The notes beneath the pieces are model-generated. The model was given only the letters and a program-made list of their open reading frames with translations, did not search any database and was not told the DNA's origin. This document shows positions 31,561 to 44,704 of a stretch of 64,000 bases of DNA, piece after piece. The first letter of the stretch is position 1. Every line of letters starts with the position of its first letter. The DNA lies in contig NC_043009.1 of assembly GCF_006345805.1 (NCBI RefSeq), positions 2,108,001 through 2,172,000 of the forward strand, in the 5' to 3' direction. The position numbers and the translations under genes are program-made. Source of the DNA: Octopus sinensis (taxonomy: Eukaryota).

Positions 31561-31905
31561 TTACTTACTTACTTGTACTTGTGGTGACATTCACCCTGGG
31601 CGGGTTGAGTCGGCTTCTTCTTTGGAAGAAGTTTCGTGGGAATATGTGGATTTCACAAGCGGTCCCCAACAATCCCGCATGTAGAGACATCCTGTTTGCT
31701 GCAGATTGTCCGCAGACTCAGGGATAGAACGACCGAGGAGCCGCCGGTTACCGAAACAGACACTCCGAGGATTTTCACCTAATACCACTCGGTGTCAGAC
31801 CAATCCGCCTTGGGTGGCCCTACCAGAAACCGAAGTTCCCGACGGCATAGCTCTGACACTACCCGTTGCCAGCGTCCCCACCACGGTGAGGAGGGGAGGG
31901 ACTTT
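31561..31905 (-). mobile_element. Short internally deleted (bipartite) RTE derivative
   Basis: Minus strand begins CACCGTGGTGG..AGAGCTATGCCG..GGTAGGGCCACCCA, an RTE 5'-UTR-like motif, and ends CACCACAAGTACAAGTAAGTAAGTAA, a tandem tail. No ORF. Confidence 0.6.
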
Positions 31906-33287
31906 GGGGACGCAATTACATAACCGAAAACAATATTGTAGACAACTGAGAAAAATATGACCTGTGCTGGAGGAACAAGATTTCCCATCCTCTCGTTCTA
32001 AATGAATTCCGAAACCATTCCGTAATAAGACAGTAGATTATTTAAATTTTTGTAGGATACAAACACGAAACGATTCATCATTACTAAATTCGGGGCCCAA
32101 CGCCGTACCGGTCGTGAATTTTGTTTTTCAACTTTTCCTTGGTCCTCTGTATTCTATTTTCAATGCCATTGAGATTTTTAACGGACTGCTTGAAATTTTC
32201 AAGCATTAAATTGCTCTGTGGTCTTTTTGATATTCAGGAACTTAGAAAGTAAATATTGTTAAAAACGAGAAAAAGCACATTTCTATATAAAAAAAAAGGA
32301 AAAGAAAATGTAAATGCAAACACTGAATTTGAGAGCCTAGCGGTACTGCATGTTTATAAGGACAATATGTGTATGTGTCTTTGATCTCTTTGGGGGAAAT
32401 ATATGTTGAATGTATCAATAACAACCAACAGAAAAAAATTCCTTTAGAAACAATAATAAAAATAAATGGAGTAAAAAATATGAACAACATCAACACTGAA
32501 CCAATATTGTTGAAGATAGAATGCAATATGACAATTACGAATATATACCAATAAAGCCAGAACGGCTCTATTATAATCAATAAAGCACAAGACAAAATTA
32601 AACATTATAAAATGAACAACAAAACCCAAACTCATAATGAAATGGAAACAACATTAGCACAGTAAATATAAAGGCAAAATGTAAACTATAAATGTAACGC
32701 ATAATTGCATTTAGTTCATATGCAATTATAATTGTTTGAAACATTTAATTTTTGTCATAAAAACATCAAACGAATATATATAAACTGCGTAGTTCGTGGT
32801 TTTGAAAAGTGGATTTACATGTTTGTATTTGAAAACAAAGCGAGACGTGTTTTATACAAAGATGACAGTTAAAAGGGAGACAATAAAAATATGATAGAAG
32901 TATAGAAAGACCATTTAAGACACGGTCTCACAACTTCTCATCGAGGCGTCTATCCTATACTTACTGACCACTATACCATGATTCAACGGCTATTCTTCTT
33001 CCCACGTTGCTAAACTTGTTTCGGCGTAGAGAAAATTCTCGAAGTTGTTTTATGAAATCTTACTTCAACTCAGTTGATCACAGAAATGAATGGTTTGATT
33101 CACTTTCACTGCAAAGTCGCAGGCCTGGGTGTTTGATTAAGAAGTACGCTTTGTAACCACGTGATTTCGGATACAGTCAAATTTCGTGATATTCAGGATA
33201 GTATCATTAACTATAGCCTCGAGCCTACCAATGCCTATTGAGTGAATTTGCTACATTAAAAATGTGTGGAAGCCCGTCGTGTATAAT

Positions 33288-33322
<35 letters not shown>

Positions 33323-33417
33323 CATACATACATGTATATATATATATGTTGTTTTATATTTACATACATATCTATATATATATATGTATTATATTTATAT
33401 ATATATATATATAAAAC

Positions 33418-33479
<62 letters not shown>

Positions 33480-33481
33480 TA

Positions 33482-33769
33482 TTGTTAAAAAGACAAAGAG
33501 CACCTCATAAGGTGTTGGAATCTTATACGCGTATCATTCTGCCTAAAATGGATCTGCAAATGCAAAATCCCTACACATCTCACATCTGTTTTCTCTCCTC
33601 CACTCCACACTCTATTTTGTATATCTTATATAAATTAACTATTACTTAACCATCCTCTTACAACGTCTCTGATGAAGGGATATAATAAATATCCTGGAAA
33701 CAGCTGTAAGACCTTCTATCTATAAATGTTCTAAAATCTACACACCCTTGGTTTTTTATCTCATTTCGA

Positions 33770-33775
<6 letters not shown>
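33482..33775 (+). mobile_element. pLTR-type hammerhead island between two (TA)n tracts
   Basis: About 290 bp of unique sequence bounded by pure (TA)n on both sides, containing the hammerhead at 33665. Confidence 0.65.
33665..33712 (+). ncRNA. Minimal type I hammerhead ribozyme motif
   Basis: GTCT-CTGATGA-A-GGGATAT(AATAA)ATATCCT-G-GAAAC-AGCT-GTA-AGAC. Canonical core, 7-bp stem II, palindromic ACAGCTGT, stem I GTCT/AGAC. Confidence 0.8.
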
Positions 33776-33827
<52 letters not shown>

Positions 33828-34421
33828 TCGCTTGCTAATAGTTACTGTTTTGTTTACGTCCCCTTAAATTAGCAGTCTGGCAAAGGAGACCGATAGTATA
33901 GATATCAGACTAGGCATTGGTAGGCTCAGGGCTATAGTAGATGATATAGTACATTTTATAATGTTTAATTACTGGGTCATTTTCTTCGACATACCTCTTC
34001 AAGAGGGTGCACCAGCATAACCGCAGTCAAATCAGTGAAACAAGTAATGAGCTAACTTATACGCAGCCCGCAGCTTTCTGTGACACCACTGACTGTTAAG
34101 CCAGTGTTAAACTACACCGATTTTATGAGATTTAAGGCAAGCATTCGATGTTTAGGTGTCTGCAGCTAATGATGCGAAAGTATGCTGAAACCGTGTGATG
34201 TAATAGTCTTAACAGCGATGGTGACGAATTTCGGTTGCCGATATAATCTTCGCTTTTAGCACTATTCAACTATAGAATACAACTTTTCAGGACGATTACT
34301 AAAATTTATGGCGTTTACACAACACATCCCAATTAAGTTGGATGTACAAATATATATTCGTCACAAAAAAAACCTTCAGTCGCTCAAAGCTAAAGCTAAT
34401 ATGTGTGTGTGTGTGTGTATA

Positions 34422-34818
34422 GGCGTAGGAGTGGCTGTGTGGTAAGTAGTTTGCTCACCAACCACATGGTTCCGGGTTCAGTCCCACTGCGTGGCACCTT
34501 GAGCAAGTATCTTCTACTATAGCCTCGGGCCCACCAAATCCTTGTGAGTGGATTTGCTAGATGGAAACTGAAAGAAGCCCGTCGTATACATATATGTATG
34601 TATGTATGTATGTATGTGTGTGTATGTGTTTGTGTATCTGTATTTGTCCCCCCACCATCGCTTGACAACCTATGCTGTTATGTCTACGTCCCCGTAGCAA
34701 AAGAGACCGATAGAATAAGTACTAGGCTTACAAAGAATAAGTCCCGGGGTCGATTTGCTCGACTAAAAGTGGTGCTTCAGCATGGCCACAGTCAAATGAC
34801 TGAAACAAGTAAAAGAGT
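34422..34818 (+). mobile_element. Group B SINE, full length
   Basis: GGCGTAGGAGTGGCTGTGTGG ... GACTGAAACAAGTAAAAGAG. Confidence 0.92.
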
Positions 34819-36030
34819 GCATGTGTGTGTTAAGTATAGAATTCCATACCGTTGCCACGCTTCTTTCCACGAAATTCACTCATGTGGGACCATGGTTCTG
34901 TTAGTAGAATCTTGCTTAAGGTGCCACGCGGTTGGAGTGAATACGAAACCAGAAGCAATATATGACCCAATGCGAAATGCTTTCAGACTTTCGAAATTTT
35001 AGCTGCCATGAAATCTTTCAACACAACAACCATGTATTCTGTCTGTTTCCATCTACCGACAAATATTCGACGTTTTATATTCGCCTCTCATAAAACATGC
35101 AGCTTACAATTCACATCTTTGCGAAGGTAGTAGTCAGAAAGATAGACTCGCTCTCGTCAAGTGTCAGCGACGAGAGAGTCGAGGAGGAGGAGTGAGAGAG
35201 AGAGGAAACGGTGAAATACACAAACGTGGGTGGTGTATTTTAGTTTTCGACAACCTTCAGAAGATAAGTGACACATAAATTGTTTGTCTAAGACTGAAAT
35301 ATATATGTCTGCACACCATTTTCAGGTAGTTTCAGATTCAGAATTAGTTAATTTTAAACTTGTATTCTGTCTTGCTATAAATCATAAACACCTATATAAG
35401 AAAAGAAAATCTCTGAAATGTTTGTGCACAATTACACAAAATTTTCACAGGGAACAGAAAGTAAAGCGAGAGTAATTTAATAACCGCAAAGCTTTAATGA
35501 TGATGGTTTAAACCATGTACGTAGATGACAGGATATATATAATTAACACTTCAATAAAGGACAAGAAATATATGACAGCTGATAAAAATATTGTGAGTTT
35601 GATAAAATATCGGAGCCGCACAGAGTAAATTTATATACATGGATATTGAGTGGAAATATGTAAGAGAGAGTTGGGTGAGAATGAGTGAGGAAGAGTTAAA
35701 GATTTCAGGAGAGAAAAATGAACGAAATGGAAATATTTCGGGAGGAAATATTCATGGAAACTAACTGAGTGACAAGATTAAGAATCTGAACGAAGAATAG
35801 CGATAGATTATAAGAGAGATAGAGAGAAATACAGTAAAGTAGAGAGAGAGAAAAAGAGAATGAGAGAGAGAGAGAGAGAGAGAGATGGTAGGAAAGAGTG
35901 TGAGGAGAGAGGGAAGAGAGGGAGACGGAGAGGAAAAGAGAAATGCGGAAATTTTACCTGCGTACTTTCCTTTCATGTTTTTGATTCTCAAATCTAACAA
36001 AAGAATTATGATGACACATGCGCGTATATA

Positions 36031-36092
<62 letters not shown>

Positions 36093-36499
36093 ACATATAT
36101 ATATGCATAAATTGAATAACATAAACCAGATAAAAACTATGCAAAAGATATAAAACAAACTTTTCCAAAAGATTGTTTTTACGTTCCATTTCACATAAGC
36201 ACATACCACACGCACACACGCACACACGCACACACGCGCACACGTACACACACACACACACATGCATGTTCAGACATGCGCGCACATATATCCTTACTTG
36301 TTAAAATATTTAAAAACAACAGGCACACCCACCCACCCACCCACACATGCACATCCGCAAAAACGCATCAACGCACGCACACACGTTCTCAGAACTGAAG
36401 CGCATACGCGTACATACATTCTAAAGAATTCCTCTCTCATTTACCAATTCATTGAATCTGGTGAAAATTCTTCAAATATCTTTGTTGCTACTAAACGAA

Positions 36500-36592
36500 A
36501 TAATAATAATAATATAATAATAATAATAATAATAATATAATAATAATTATAATAATAATAATGATAATAATAATAATGATAATATAATAATA

Positions 36593-36623
<31 letters not shown>

Positions 36624-37093
36624 AATAATATAATGATAATAATAATAATAATAAATAATAATAATAATAATAATGATAATAATGATAATAATAATAATAA
36701 TGATAATAATAATAATAATAATAATAATGATGATAATAAAATAAAAATAATAATGATAATAATAACAATAATAATAATAATAATAATGATGATGATGATA
36801 ATAATAATAATAATAAAAATCGAATCAGGGAATGACAAAGAGAGCGAATAAGAGAGAAAGATAAAGAAACTGACAGTAAGCGAGGGAATGAGAGATGGAG
36901 AGAATAATTGAGAAAGATTCAGATATGCAGAGAGGGTGGGTGAACGACAGGAAATAACTTTTTTGAATACAGCACAATACAAAGATTACAGTATGTTGTT
37001 CCGTTGCTAATGTTTTTGAAATAGTAACGTGTTCTATAATTTTCTATAAATTTGAGTATGCCTCTCATTGTATATATGTGTATATATGTATAG

Positions 37094-37124
<31 letters not shown>

Positions 37125-37618
37125 ACTACTCAAATATGTGCTGGTAAATCTGTTTATGTATTTTATGTATATTTTCATATGTGATGTAGTATATAGATTT
37201 AGATTTATGTACGGATTTATAAAGGTATGTTTAGCCTTGTATTTATTATTTTTTTACCAAAGAAATAGATTTTTGGAAATGTTTTTTTGAGATTCCTTCA
37301 GTTATAGAAGGCGTTGGAATCATTATTTTCTTTGGAATGGTTACTTTTACATTATCAATATTAATTATTAATTGTAATCCCAGTTCTTCTTCTTCTTCTT
37401 CTTCTTCTTCTTCTTCTTCTTCTTCTTCTTCTTCTTCTTCTTCTTCTTCTTTTTCTTCTTCTTCTTCTTCTTCTTCTTCTTCTTCTTCTTCTTCTTCTTC
37501 TTCTTTTTCTTTTTCTTCTTCTTCTTCTTCTTCTCTTCTTCTTCTTCTTCTTTTTCTTCTTCTTCCTCTTCTGTTGCTGCTGCTGCTGCCGCTACTACTA
37601 CTACTACTACTACTACTA

Positions 37619-37666
<48 letters not shown>

Positions 37667-39250
37667 AACTACTGCTGCTGCTGCTGCTGCCCCTTTTTGA
37701 TCTTTTTTCTTATCAAAATAATAATACCTTCATTATTTTTGTTGTTGTCGATAGCATCACTACTAGTAGTACACCTACTAGTTTTAGTAGTATTATAAAA
37801 GTAGTAGCAGCGGCAGCAGCAGCAGTAGTAGCAATAACAACTCTTATTTATGTTACTATTTATATTATTATCTATATTTTCTTTAACTTGTTTTGCATTT
37901 CGTGTATAATATTTGTTCCTCAATTTGTTTTTATTTTATTTTATTTTATTTCACTTTTATTTTTAGTTACTAGTGACTATTTATTATTTGTTTATTTTGT
38001 CATTTTCATTACATATTTATTCATTCTTTCATTTATTTATTTATTCATTTATCTAATTTTTTTTGTCTAATGTTAAAATTTCATCTCGCCATATTGTTGT
38101 TGTGTATTAATTATATTTTGGAAACAAATGAATTTAATGCGACATTAATTAATTTACTACATCTGTATCTGCTTCTCTTTATCATCTCTAACATTTGTGG
38201 TATTCTCAGGGAATGATTCGTGCTGCAGCCATTGTTGTTCTTGTTGTAATCGTCGTAATTATTGTTATATTTTTCCTTATTTGTTTTCGTCTTGGTGCTG
38301 ATAATTATTGATGTATTTTTCAACCGTTTCCAGTGTTCATATTGAAATGTCTATTGACGTTGCTACTCTTTCTCTTCTTTTTGTGATTGTTGCTGATATT
38401 TATTCATTTACTTATTTTATAATGAATTTTTTTTTGTTTCTTAAAGTTGTTGTTGTCCAAAAATATGTGAAGAACTGGGAATGGTAAAGTTTGGAAGCAG
38501 AATCGATGGATTTGTTGTTTACGCTCTTGGTGATGTATTAACAATGTACAGAATATAGAATATGGATTATGAAATATGGAAATGGTAGTTGCATTGTTGC
38601 TGGTGTTACTACTGCTCGTGGTGGTGTTCGTGGAATGGTAATGCTGGAATTGATGATGGAAGAATGCTGGTGGTGATGGTAGTGGCGGTGGTCGGGGTGG
38701 CGGGTTCGTTGTGATTTTTGGCAAAATCTTTGAAATAGTGACAGCGTTGTTCTTGTTGCTGTTGGTTTTGGTGGTAGTAGTGTTGTTGGTGGTGCTTGTG
38801 GCGATGGTAGTGTTGTTGGTAGTAGGGGTGTTAGTGGGTGTGTTGCTGGTAGTAGCGGTGGTGGTCGTTGTGGTGTCTGTAGTTGGAGTGTAGTTTGTAG
38901 TGGTGGTAGTAATGGTAATGGTCATGTTAGTAATAGCTTTGTTGGTAGTGACGGCGGTAGTAGTGGGGTAATGGCATGGTAGTAGTGATGGTAATAGTAA
39001 TGTCGATGTGGGTTGTTGGTGGTGTTTGTAGTGGTGGTGTTGGTGGTAGTGATTGCAGTAGTGGCGGTAGTAGTAGCGGTGGTAGTCGTAGTGGTGGTGG
39101 TTTGGCAGTCTTGTTGTTAATGATTATGGTCGTAGTAGTAGTGTCCATGGTGACGCAAAGTTACAATGGTAATGATAAAAGCATCGCTTGTTTGAATGAT
39201 GGTGTCTCTCGTTGGTCTTTGTTGAATGATGATTATAATAATATAGAACG
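36500..39250. repeat. Trinucleotide low-complexity field: (AAT)n, (CTT)n(CTA)n(CTG)n, degenerate (GGT/TGT/AGT)n
   Basis: Direct reading. The mucin-like ORF 38404-38925 is a translation of this field. Confidence 0.85.
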
Positions 39251-39301
39251 GTTACCATGGTGACCGTTGCAAGGTAAATGGTTATTTAGCTCTTGGATAT
39301 A

Positions 39302-40006
39302 CAGTAATCACTCGCCATATCGCGGTTCATCTCTCCCGCCTTCATTACATCGCGGATTTTTCTGGCTAATATATGTAATATCATATCGCTGACCGCTTAG
39401 TGTATCGCGGGTTTCTGCGATAGGCATTTATATATTTTTAGATTTAAAGTATTTCTGTAGTAAAATAAGCATTTTCACACCTAAAAATTAATAAAAATAA
39501 AAATCAAATGTGCCCTTTTAAAGCCTAGCCAGGCTCATGGGCCCGGTTTCCCGGTTTCACTGGCGTATGCGTTCCCCACCTGGATGGGATACCTGTCCAT
39601 CGCAGCGTTGCTCATTTTTGCCAGCTGAGTGGACTGGAGCAAAGAGAAATGAAGTGTTTTGCTCAAGAACACAACGCGTTGCTCGAAATCGAAGCCACAT
39701 CTTACGATCATGGTGCTGACACCCTAACCACTAAGCCACGCGCCTCCACAAAATAATTAGTAAACTAATAAATAAAAATACAATACAGTACTGTACTGTA
39801 TAACATTAATTAAAATATATTAAAAGAAAATACGTAGTGTACCGCAGATGAGTAAACAAAGAATTGCACATACTGTATGGAAAACGAAACTCGGGTGGCG
39901 TGTGTGGTGTTCTGCATTTATAATAAAATAAATATATACAAACTAGAAAAATAATATAGCGCAGGGGTTTTGGAACGTAACCCCCGCAATAGTCGAGGGA
40001 TTACTG
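39302..40006. mobile_element. pogo/Tigger-type MITE, related to 12617-12921 and inverted, interrupted by a SINE
   Basis: TA|CAGTAATCACTCGCCATATCGCGG ... CAATAGTCGAGGGATTACTG. Confidence 0.8.
39511..39749 (-). mobile_element. Group C tRNA-derived SINE (possibly related to the octopus OR families)
   Basis: Head GTGGAGGCGCGTGGCTTAGTGGTTAGGG, central TTCTTGAGCAAAACACTT..GCTCCAGTCCACTCAGCTG, 3' GCTGCGATGGAC..CCAGG..TGAGCCTGGCTAG. Confidence 0.85.
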
Positions 40007-40106
40007 AAAATTTCATCTGTCACGGCCATCCATTGCTGCACTGAAGCAAAATATAACAAGGATTACATTCTTTAATGCTTCCTTCCTATGAAAGGCAATT
40101 GGTATT

Positions 40107-40145
40107 TCCGTCTGATGAGCGGGAACGTGAAATCATGATATTCGA
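40107..40145 (+). ncRNA. Degenerate minimal hammerhead motif
   Basis: CCGT-CTGATGA-GCG(GGAA)CGT-GAAAT-CATG-ATA. Core, stem II and palindromic ATCATGAT are present, stem I does not pair, and AATAAA follows. Confidence 0.45.
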
Positions 40146-40453
40146 ATAAACAAATGCGAGGTACCAGCTTTGATATAGTTTATTCTAAGCGGAGCAGGAG
40201 CATACAGCAAGACGGGAAGGATCGCTGAAGAGTTCACAGATGTGTGAGGAAATATATCCGGACAATGGACATGAAGTAAAATAAGAACAGTAATAAATGA
40301 GGGAAGAAACCTAAACACACACACACACACATGCATACACACACACACACATGCATACACACACACACATACATATTCGCGTGTTCGTGTGTGTATATGT
40401 GCGTATGTGTATTTGCGTGCGTGTGTACGCATGTGTGTGTATGTAAATATATA

Positions 40454-40853
40454 TACTCTTTTACTTGTTTCAGTCATTTGACTATGGCCATGCTGGAACA
40501 CCGCCTTTAGTCGAGCAAATCGACCCCGGGACTTATTCTTTGTAAGCCCTGTACTTATTCTATCGGTCTCTTTTGCCGAACCGCTAAGTTACGGGGACGT
40601 AAACACACCAGCATCGGTTGTCAAGCAATGCTAGGGGGACAAACACGACACACAAACGCACACATACAAATATATATATATATAATATACATATATACGA
40701 CAGGCTTCTTTCAGTTTCCGTCTACCAAATCCACTCACAAGGCATTGGTCGGCCCGCGGCTATAGCAGAAGACACTTGCCCAAGATGCCACGCAGTGGGA
40801 CTGAACCCAGAACCATGTGGCTGGTTAGCAAGCTACTTACCACACAGCCACTC
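40454..40853 (-). mobile_element. Group B SINE, near full length
   Basis: Reverse-complement match to 34422-34818. Confidence 0.92.
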
Positions 40854-41017
40854 ATATATATATATATATGTTTGCATTTATGTTTAGTTAAAGTAAAAAG
40901 AAATTTACATTCATCTGAGGCGTTACTCTATACTATTGTAGAGTTCGACTATGGCTCAACAAGTCGAAACTTCGAAGTCACTGTCAAGAGCATGTATATA
41001 TATATATATATACATAC

Positions 41018-41084
<67 letters not shown>

Positions 41085-43218
41085 GTGATATACAGGGTGA
41101 GGCAGAAAGGCTGCCTCGATTCAATAAAAAAAAACAATACCTGAAGATAGAAGAAAAAACTTTGTATTTCTATGAAGTACATTAAATGCCATTGTGATTC
41201 AAGGGGTTTTGAAAATTGTATCATGTGTCATAGAAGTACAAAGCTGGGTTCGATGTAATCGACTTAATGTCTTTTTTTTTTTCCTTGTTTGTCCGCTCTA
41301 CGTTTAGCCCCTTGTGGGCAATAAAGAAATATATATAAATTTGCCTACAAATTCATAGTAGCTCTAAGCTAATATAAACACATCGTAGTACTCATCTGTG
41401 TTGCATCTTGAGACATTTAGTCAAGTCAGCTGCATTTCTTTCTCTTGTGAGTTAATACGTTCCGGTATGTTCCAGTAAATTACAGTGATTGTACTCTTAT
41501 AGCTACAACATAAATAGGCAAAATATTAAATACACCCATATACCATAACTATTGGTATCCTTCCAAAGGAATTTTCTTTCGCGAAAGTCACTTCAACAGA
41601 TTTAATCGGCGAACTTTTGTCTACAATATAAAATTGAAGAATAAATATATGATTTTATGTGTAGTAAATGCTCTCCTTTAAATAAACTTGTCAAACTATT
41701 TATAGATGAACTAAGTTTTTCAAGTGAGAATATAAAATGTCATCGGTACAATAGATTCTGGGAAGAATTAAAGTTTAAAGCACACAAAATGTAAACTGCT
41801 ATAAAATATTTATTCAATCTTTACAGACAAAACGGTATACTGAAATCGATGTTTAGTTACTATAGACTTTCAGTAAAGTAGGGAACCAATAAAAACAAGA
41901 AGTAAATACAACAGAAACGTATAAATTTAAAAAAAAAAAACGAAATATAGTCACGTAATTGCTAGTATCGTAAAATTTAACGGCACAACACCGATTACAC
42001 TTAAAACAACTGTACTTTACATTAAAGATCACAAGGAGAATTTGGAGAAAACTTATCAATTAGGTTCATAAACACAACAAATCCATATATTGAAGTTTTC
42101 AGGTAACTTTTTCAAGCTAAACTCATAACCAAGGTTTATGGAATTATACCAACGCTGTCATTAAGTGTTCTACATGTCTCTTTATTAACAAAACAAACTG
42201 TAAATACTTAAGACATGATAAAGACTAAAGACTAACAACTAATATTCATCTGTCCATAAACAGCTGCTGTTAAGTTGTTAGACTAGTTACTCACATCAAA
42301 AGCTTTGAAATTAAAATGATCATACACTCCCTCAGTATATTAGTTTCCGGTCACGCCTTGTGTATGAGGAAAAACAGTTTGTTTTATTTGAAGTCCCTCC
42401 CAACACGTCGGTAATCAACCAATAATAAAGCAGGTATGACGTAATAGCTTAGTTTGTCAAGTGTTACGAAAGGAAAGTAAAAATAAGAAAAATTAACGAA
42501 AACAAGCACAAAATAATGAGATGTTCAAAAACCCAGAACAGATAAACACAATGTTTAAAAGTATAAAATTATATATAATATATATATGTATATCAGAAAA
42601 AGAAGAGAGATTAGATTTACACAATAGAGGGCTTCAATGATAAAAACTACGAGAGGTAAACCATTGAAGTGACCAGAATTATTAGAAAGATTAGTCACCC
42701 GATTATTAACCCTAAGAGAAGGAGCAAGAGAATGATATTTGATAGAACATCGAAAATAGAAATATTTATAGACTAGAGATAAAGAAGCAATGTTCTGCAG
42801 ATGAAAGAGGAGTTGAGTTTTATCTGTCACTTTACGAATAACAATGTTTGAAACTAGCTTTTGAACCTGATAAAAAAGAAAAAATGCCAAGAGAAACACC
42901 AGCTCAAATATGACAACAATATTTCATACTAGAGCGATGTCGCTTATACAGATAGAGAATACATTCAAAGCTAGCATGCAACGAAATATGCATTTAATAT
43001 AGATCTGTGATATCGCCGAAATATACATCTCAAAATTATGATCCTAATATTGTGAGTGGACTCTTAGAGAGACGATGACTTTCTGCGCTCAAGTAAATTC
43101 AAACATGAATCGGCTGACAATGACAGGAAAACCTTCATTAAGAAAAAAATAAATTATTATTGAAACGAACATAATAAGTTTTAATTTGAAGATGACACCA
43201 TCAAAATTGATGATTACA

Positions 43219-43790
43219 GGCGTAGGGGTGGCTGTGTGGTAAGAAGATAGATTCCCAATCACACGGTTCCGGTATCAGCCCCACTGCTTGGTACCTTAGG
43301 CAAGTTTCTTCGACTATAGCCTCGGGCCAACCAAAACCTTGTGAATAGATTAGGAAGAGGAAAACTGAAAGAAGTCTGTCGAATATATATATATGACCGA
43401 TAGAATAAGTATTGGGCTTACAAAAGAATAAGTCCCGGGGTCGAGTTGCTCGATTAAAGGTGGTGCTCCAGCATGGCCGCAGTCAAATGACTGAAACAAG
43501 TAAAAGAGTAAAGAGATATATGTTTCTTTATTTAGATATGTGTGTGTGTATGTGTGTGTGTGTGTTTGTATGTGTGTATGTGTGCATGTGTGTGTGTGTG
43601 TTTGTGTGTCTGTGTTTATCCGGCGTTGGTAGAGGTCTCCGTAACTTAGCGTTTCAACAAAATTGACCGATAGAATAAGTATCAGGGTTTAAAAAGTGTA
43701 CTGGGGTCGATTCATTCGACTAAAAATTCTCGGAGGCGGTGCCTCCGCATGGCCACAGTCTAATGACCAAAACAAGTCAGAGACAATTAA
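43219..43790 (+). mobile_element. Older group B SINE with a younger group B 3' fragment (~43396-43515) inserted in its internal microsatellite
   Basis: The 5' half is followed by TA run, a near-consensus 3' tail, a TG run and then a second, more diverged 3' half. Confidence 0.75.
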
Positions 43791-44079
43791 TTACTCAACA
43801 CTACAGCTATGAAAACGTAGCATCAATACGAACATAAACACGAGTTAAATGAAGAATATTTCGTTGTGACGACACAACCTCTTGTTTGCCCACTCCACCA
43901 AGAAAGACAACTTCAAGCACTCATCCACTACCTGTAACGGGCTGTGTATTGTGTTCTTGAGCAAGACACTTCATTTTACGTTGATTCACTCATTCGTAGA
44001 AATGAGTCGCGAAATCACTGGGGCGAAGCTGAATTGGTCTTCGCATTTCCCTTGGAGTGATGGCTTTCCAAAAAACAAC

Positions 44080-44450
44080 CGTAGGTTGTGCGTTCGCCGG
44101 TGAGGCGCCTTACCGCCCAGACTTGTACGCCGAGAAAGGGGGGCAACCACTTAGATGCACCCATAGTCATTTGTCACCGACGAAGTCGAGTTGTTGTTGA
44201 CTCTTCCAGAAAAGATACAAGAACGTTTTATGACTGCGTTTTCGGCGTAGAGAGTTTTCGATTAATTAAGAGATTCTTGGCTCGGCAAATAGGTGTTTAG
44301 TTCAACACTCTGTATTTTAAACGGAAACATAAACAGCTCGAAATTAATTTGAGAGCGCGCCTTGACAAAAACGGAGGCGAGTTTTAAGATTGTCAGTACA
44401 TTCGTGTCGAGAACACACGTGCGTCGGGCTTCCAAAAACAATAAGTACCA
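44080..44450 (-). promoter_or_regulatory. CpG-rich unique segment, candidate promoter/5' end of a minus-strand gene
   Basis: CpG density is visibly above the surroundings and the segment adjoins an ATG-initiated exon candidate. Confidence 0.3.
44114..44170 (-). CDS. Candidate first coding exon MTMGASKWLPPFLGVQVWA
   Basis: In-frame stop two codons upstream of the ATG, strong GCG|gtaagg donor, phase 0. A strong phase-0-compatible acceptor lies at 42866. Confidence 0.3.
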
Positions 44451-44656
44451 AGCTTAGGTATTTCACGTTGAATAAGGAAGGGTTTTATTTTAATGTGCTA
44501 AGTAGATTTCTGCAGCAGATAAACATATCGGTAATCTGATCGAGATAATATACGCATTTTTTTTTGTATTTTCGTGAATATTGATCAATTTACACAGGGA
44601 ATATTCTTTACTGTCCTAAGTATTTCATTCCTACATTAAGCACAGACACACACACA

Positions 44657-44704
<48 letters not shown>

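Larger units (their letters stand above)
33120..34060 (+). mobile_element. Old group B SINE split in two (5' half ~33120-33285, 3' half ~33830-34060) around microsatellites and the hammerhead island
   Basis: Diverged matches to the group B head and tail on either side. Confidence 0.55.

Noticed and set aside
31700-31760. HDV-like ribozyme around GGCTCCTCGGTC (minus strand)
   Set aside because: I could not complete P1, P1.1 and P2 by hand.
34780-34818. Group B SINE tail as a hammerhead (AGTC-AAAT-GACT-GAAAC-AA-GTA)
   Set aside because: The right half fits, but no CUGANGA lies upstream; it is more simply a LINE-type 3' stem-loop.
38404-39263. Mucin-like Thr/Pro-rich ORFs
   Set aside because: They lie in a degenerate (GGT/AGT/TGT)n field with no convincing splice or start context.
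40906-40985. GAAAC-TTCGAA-GTC palindrome
   Set aside because: No core or matching stem I upstream.
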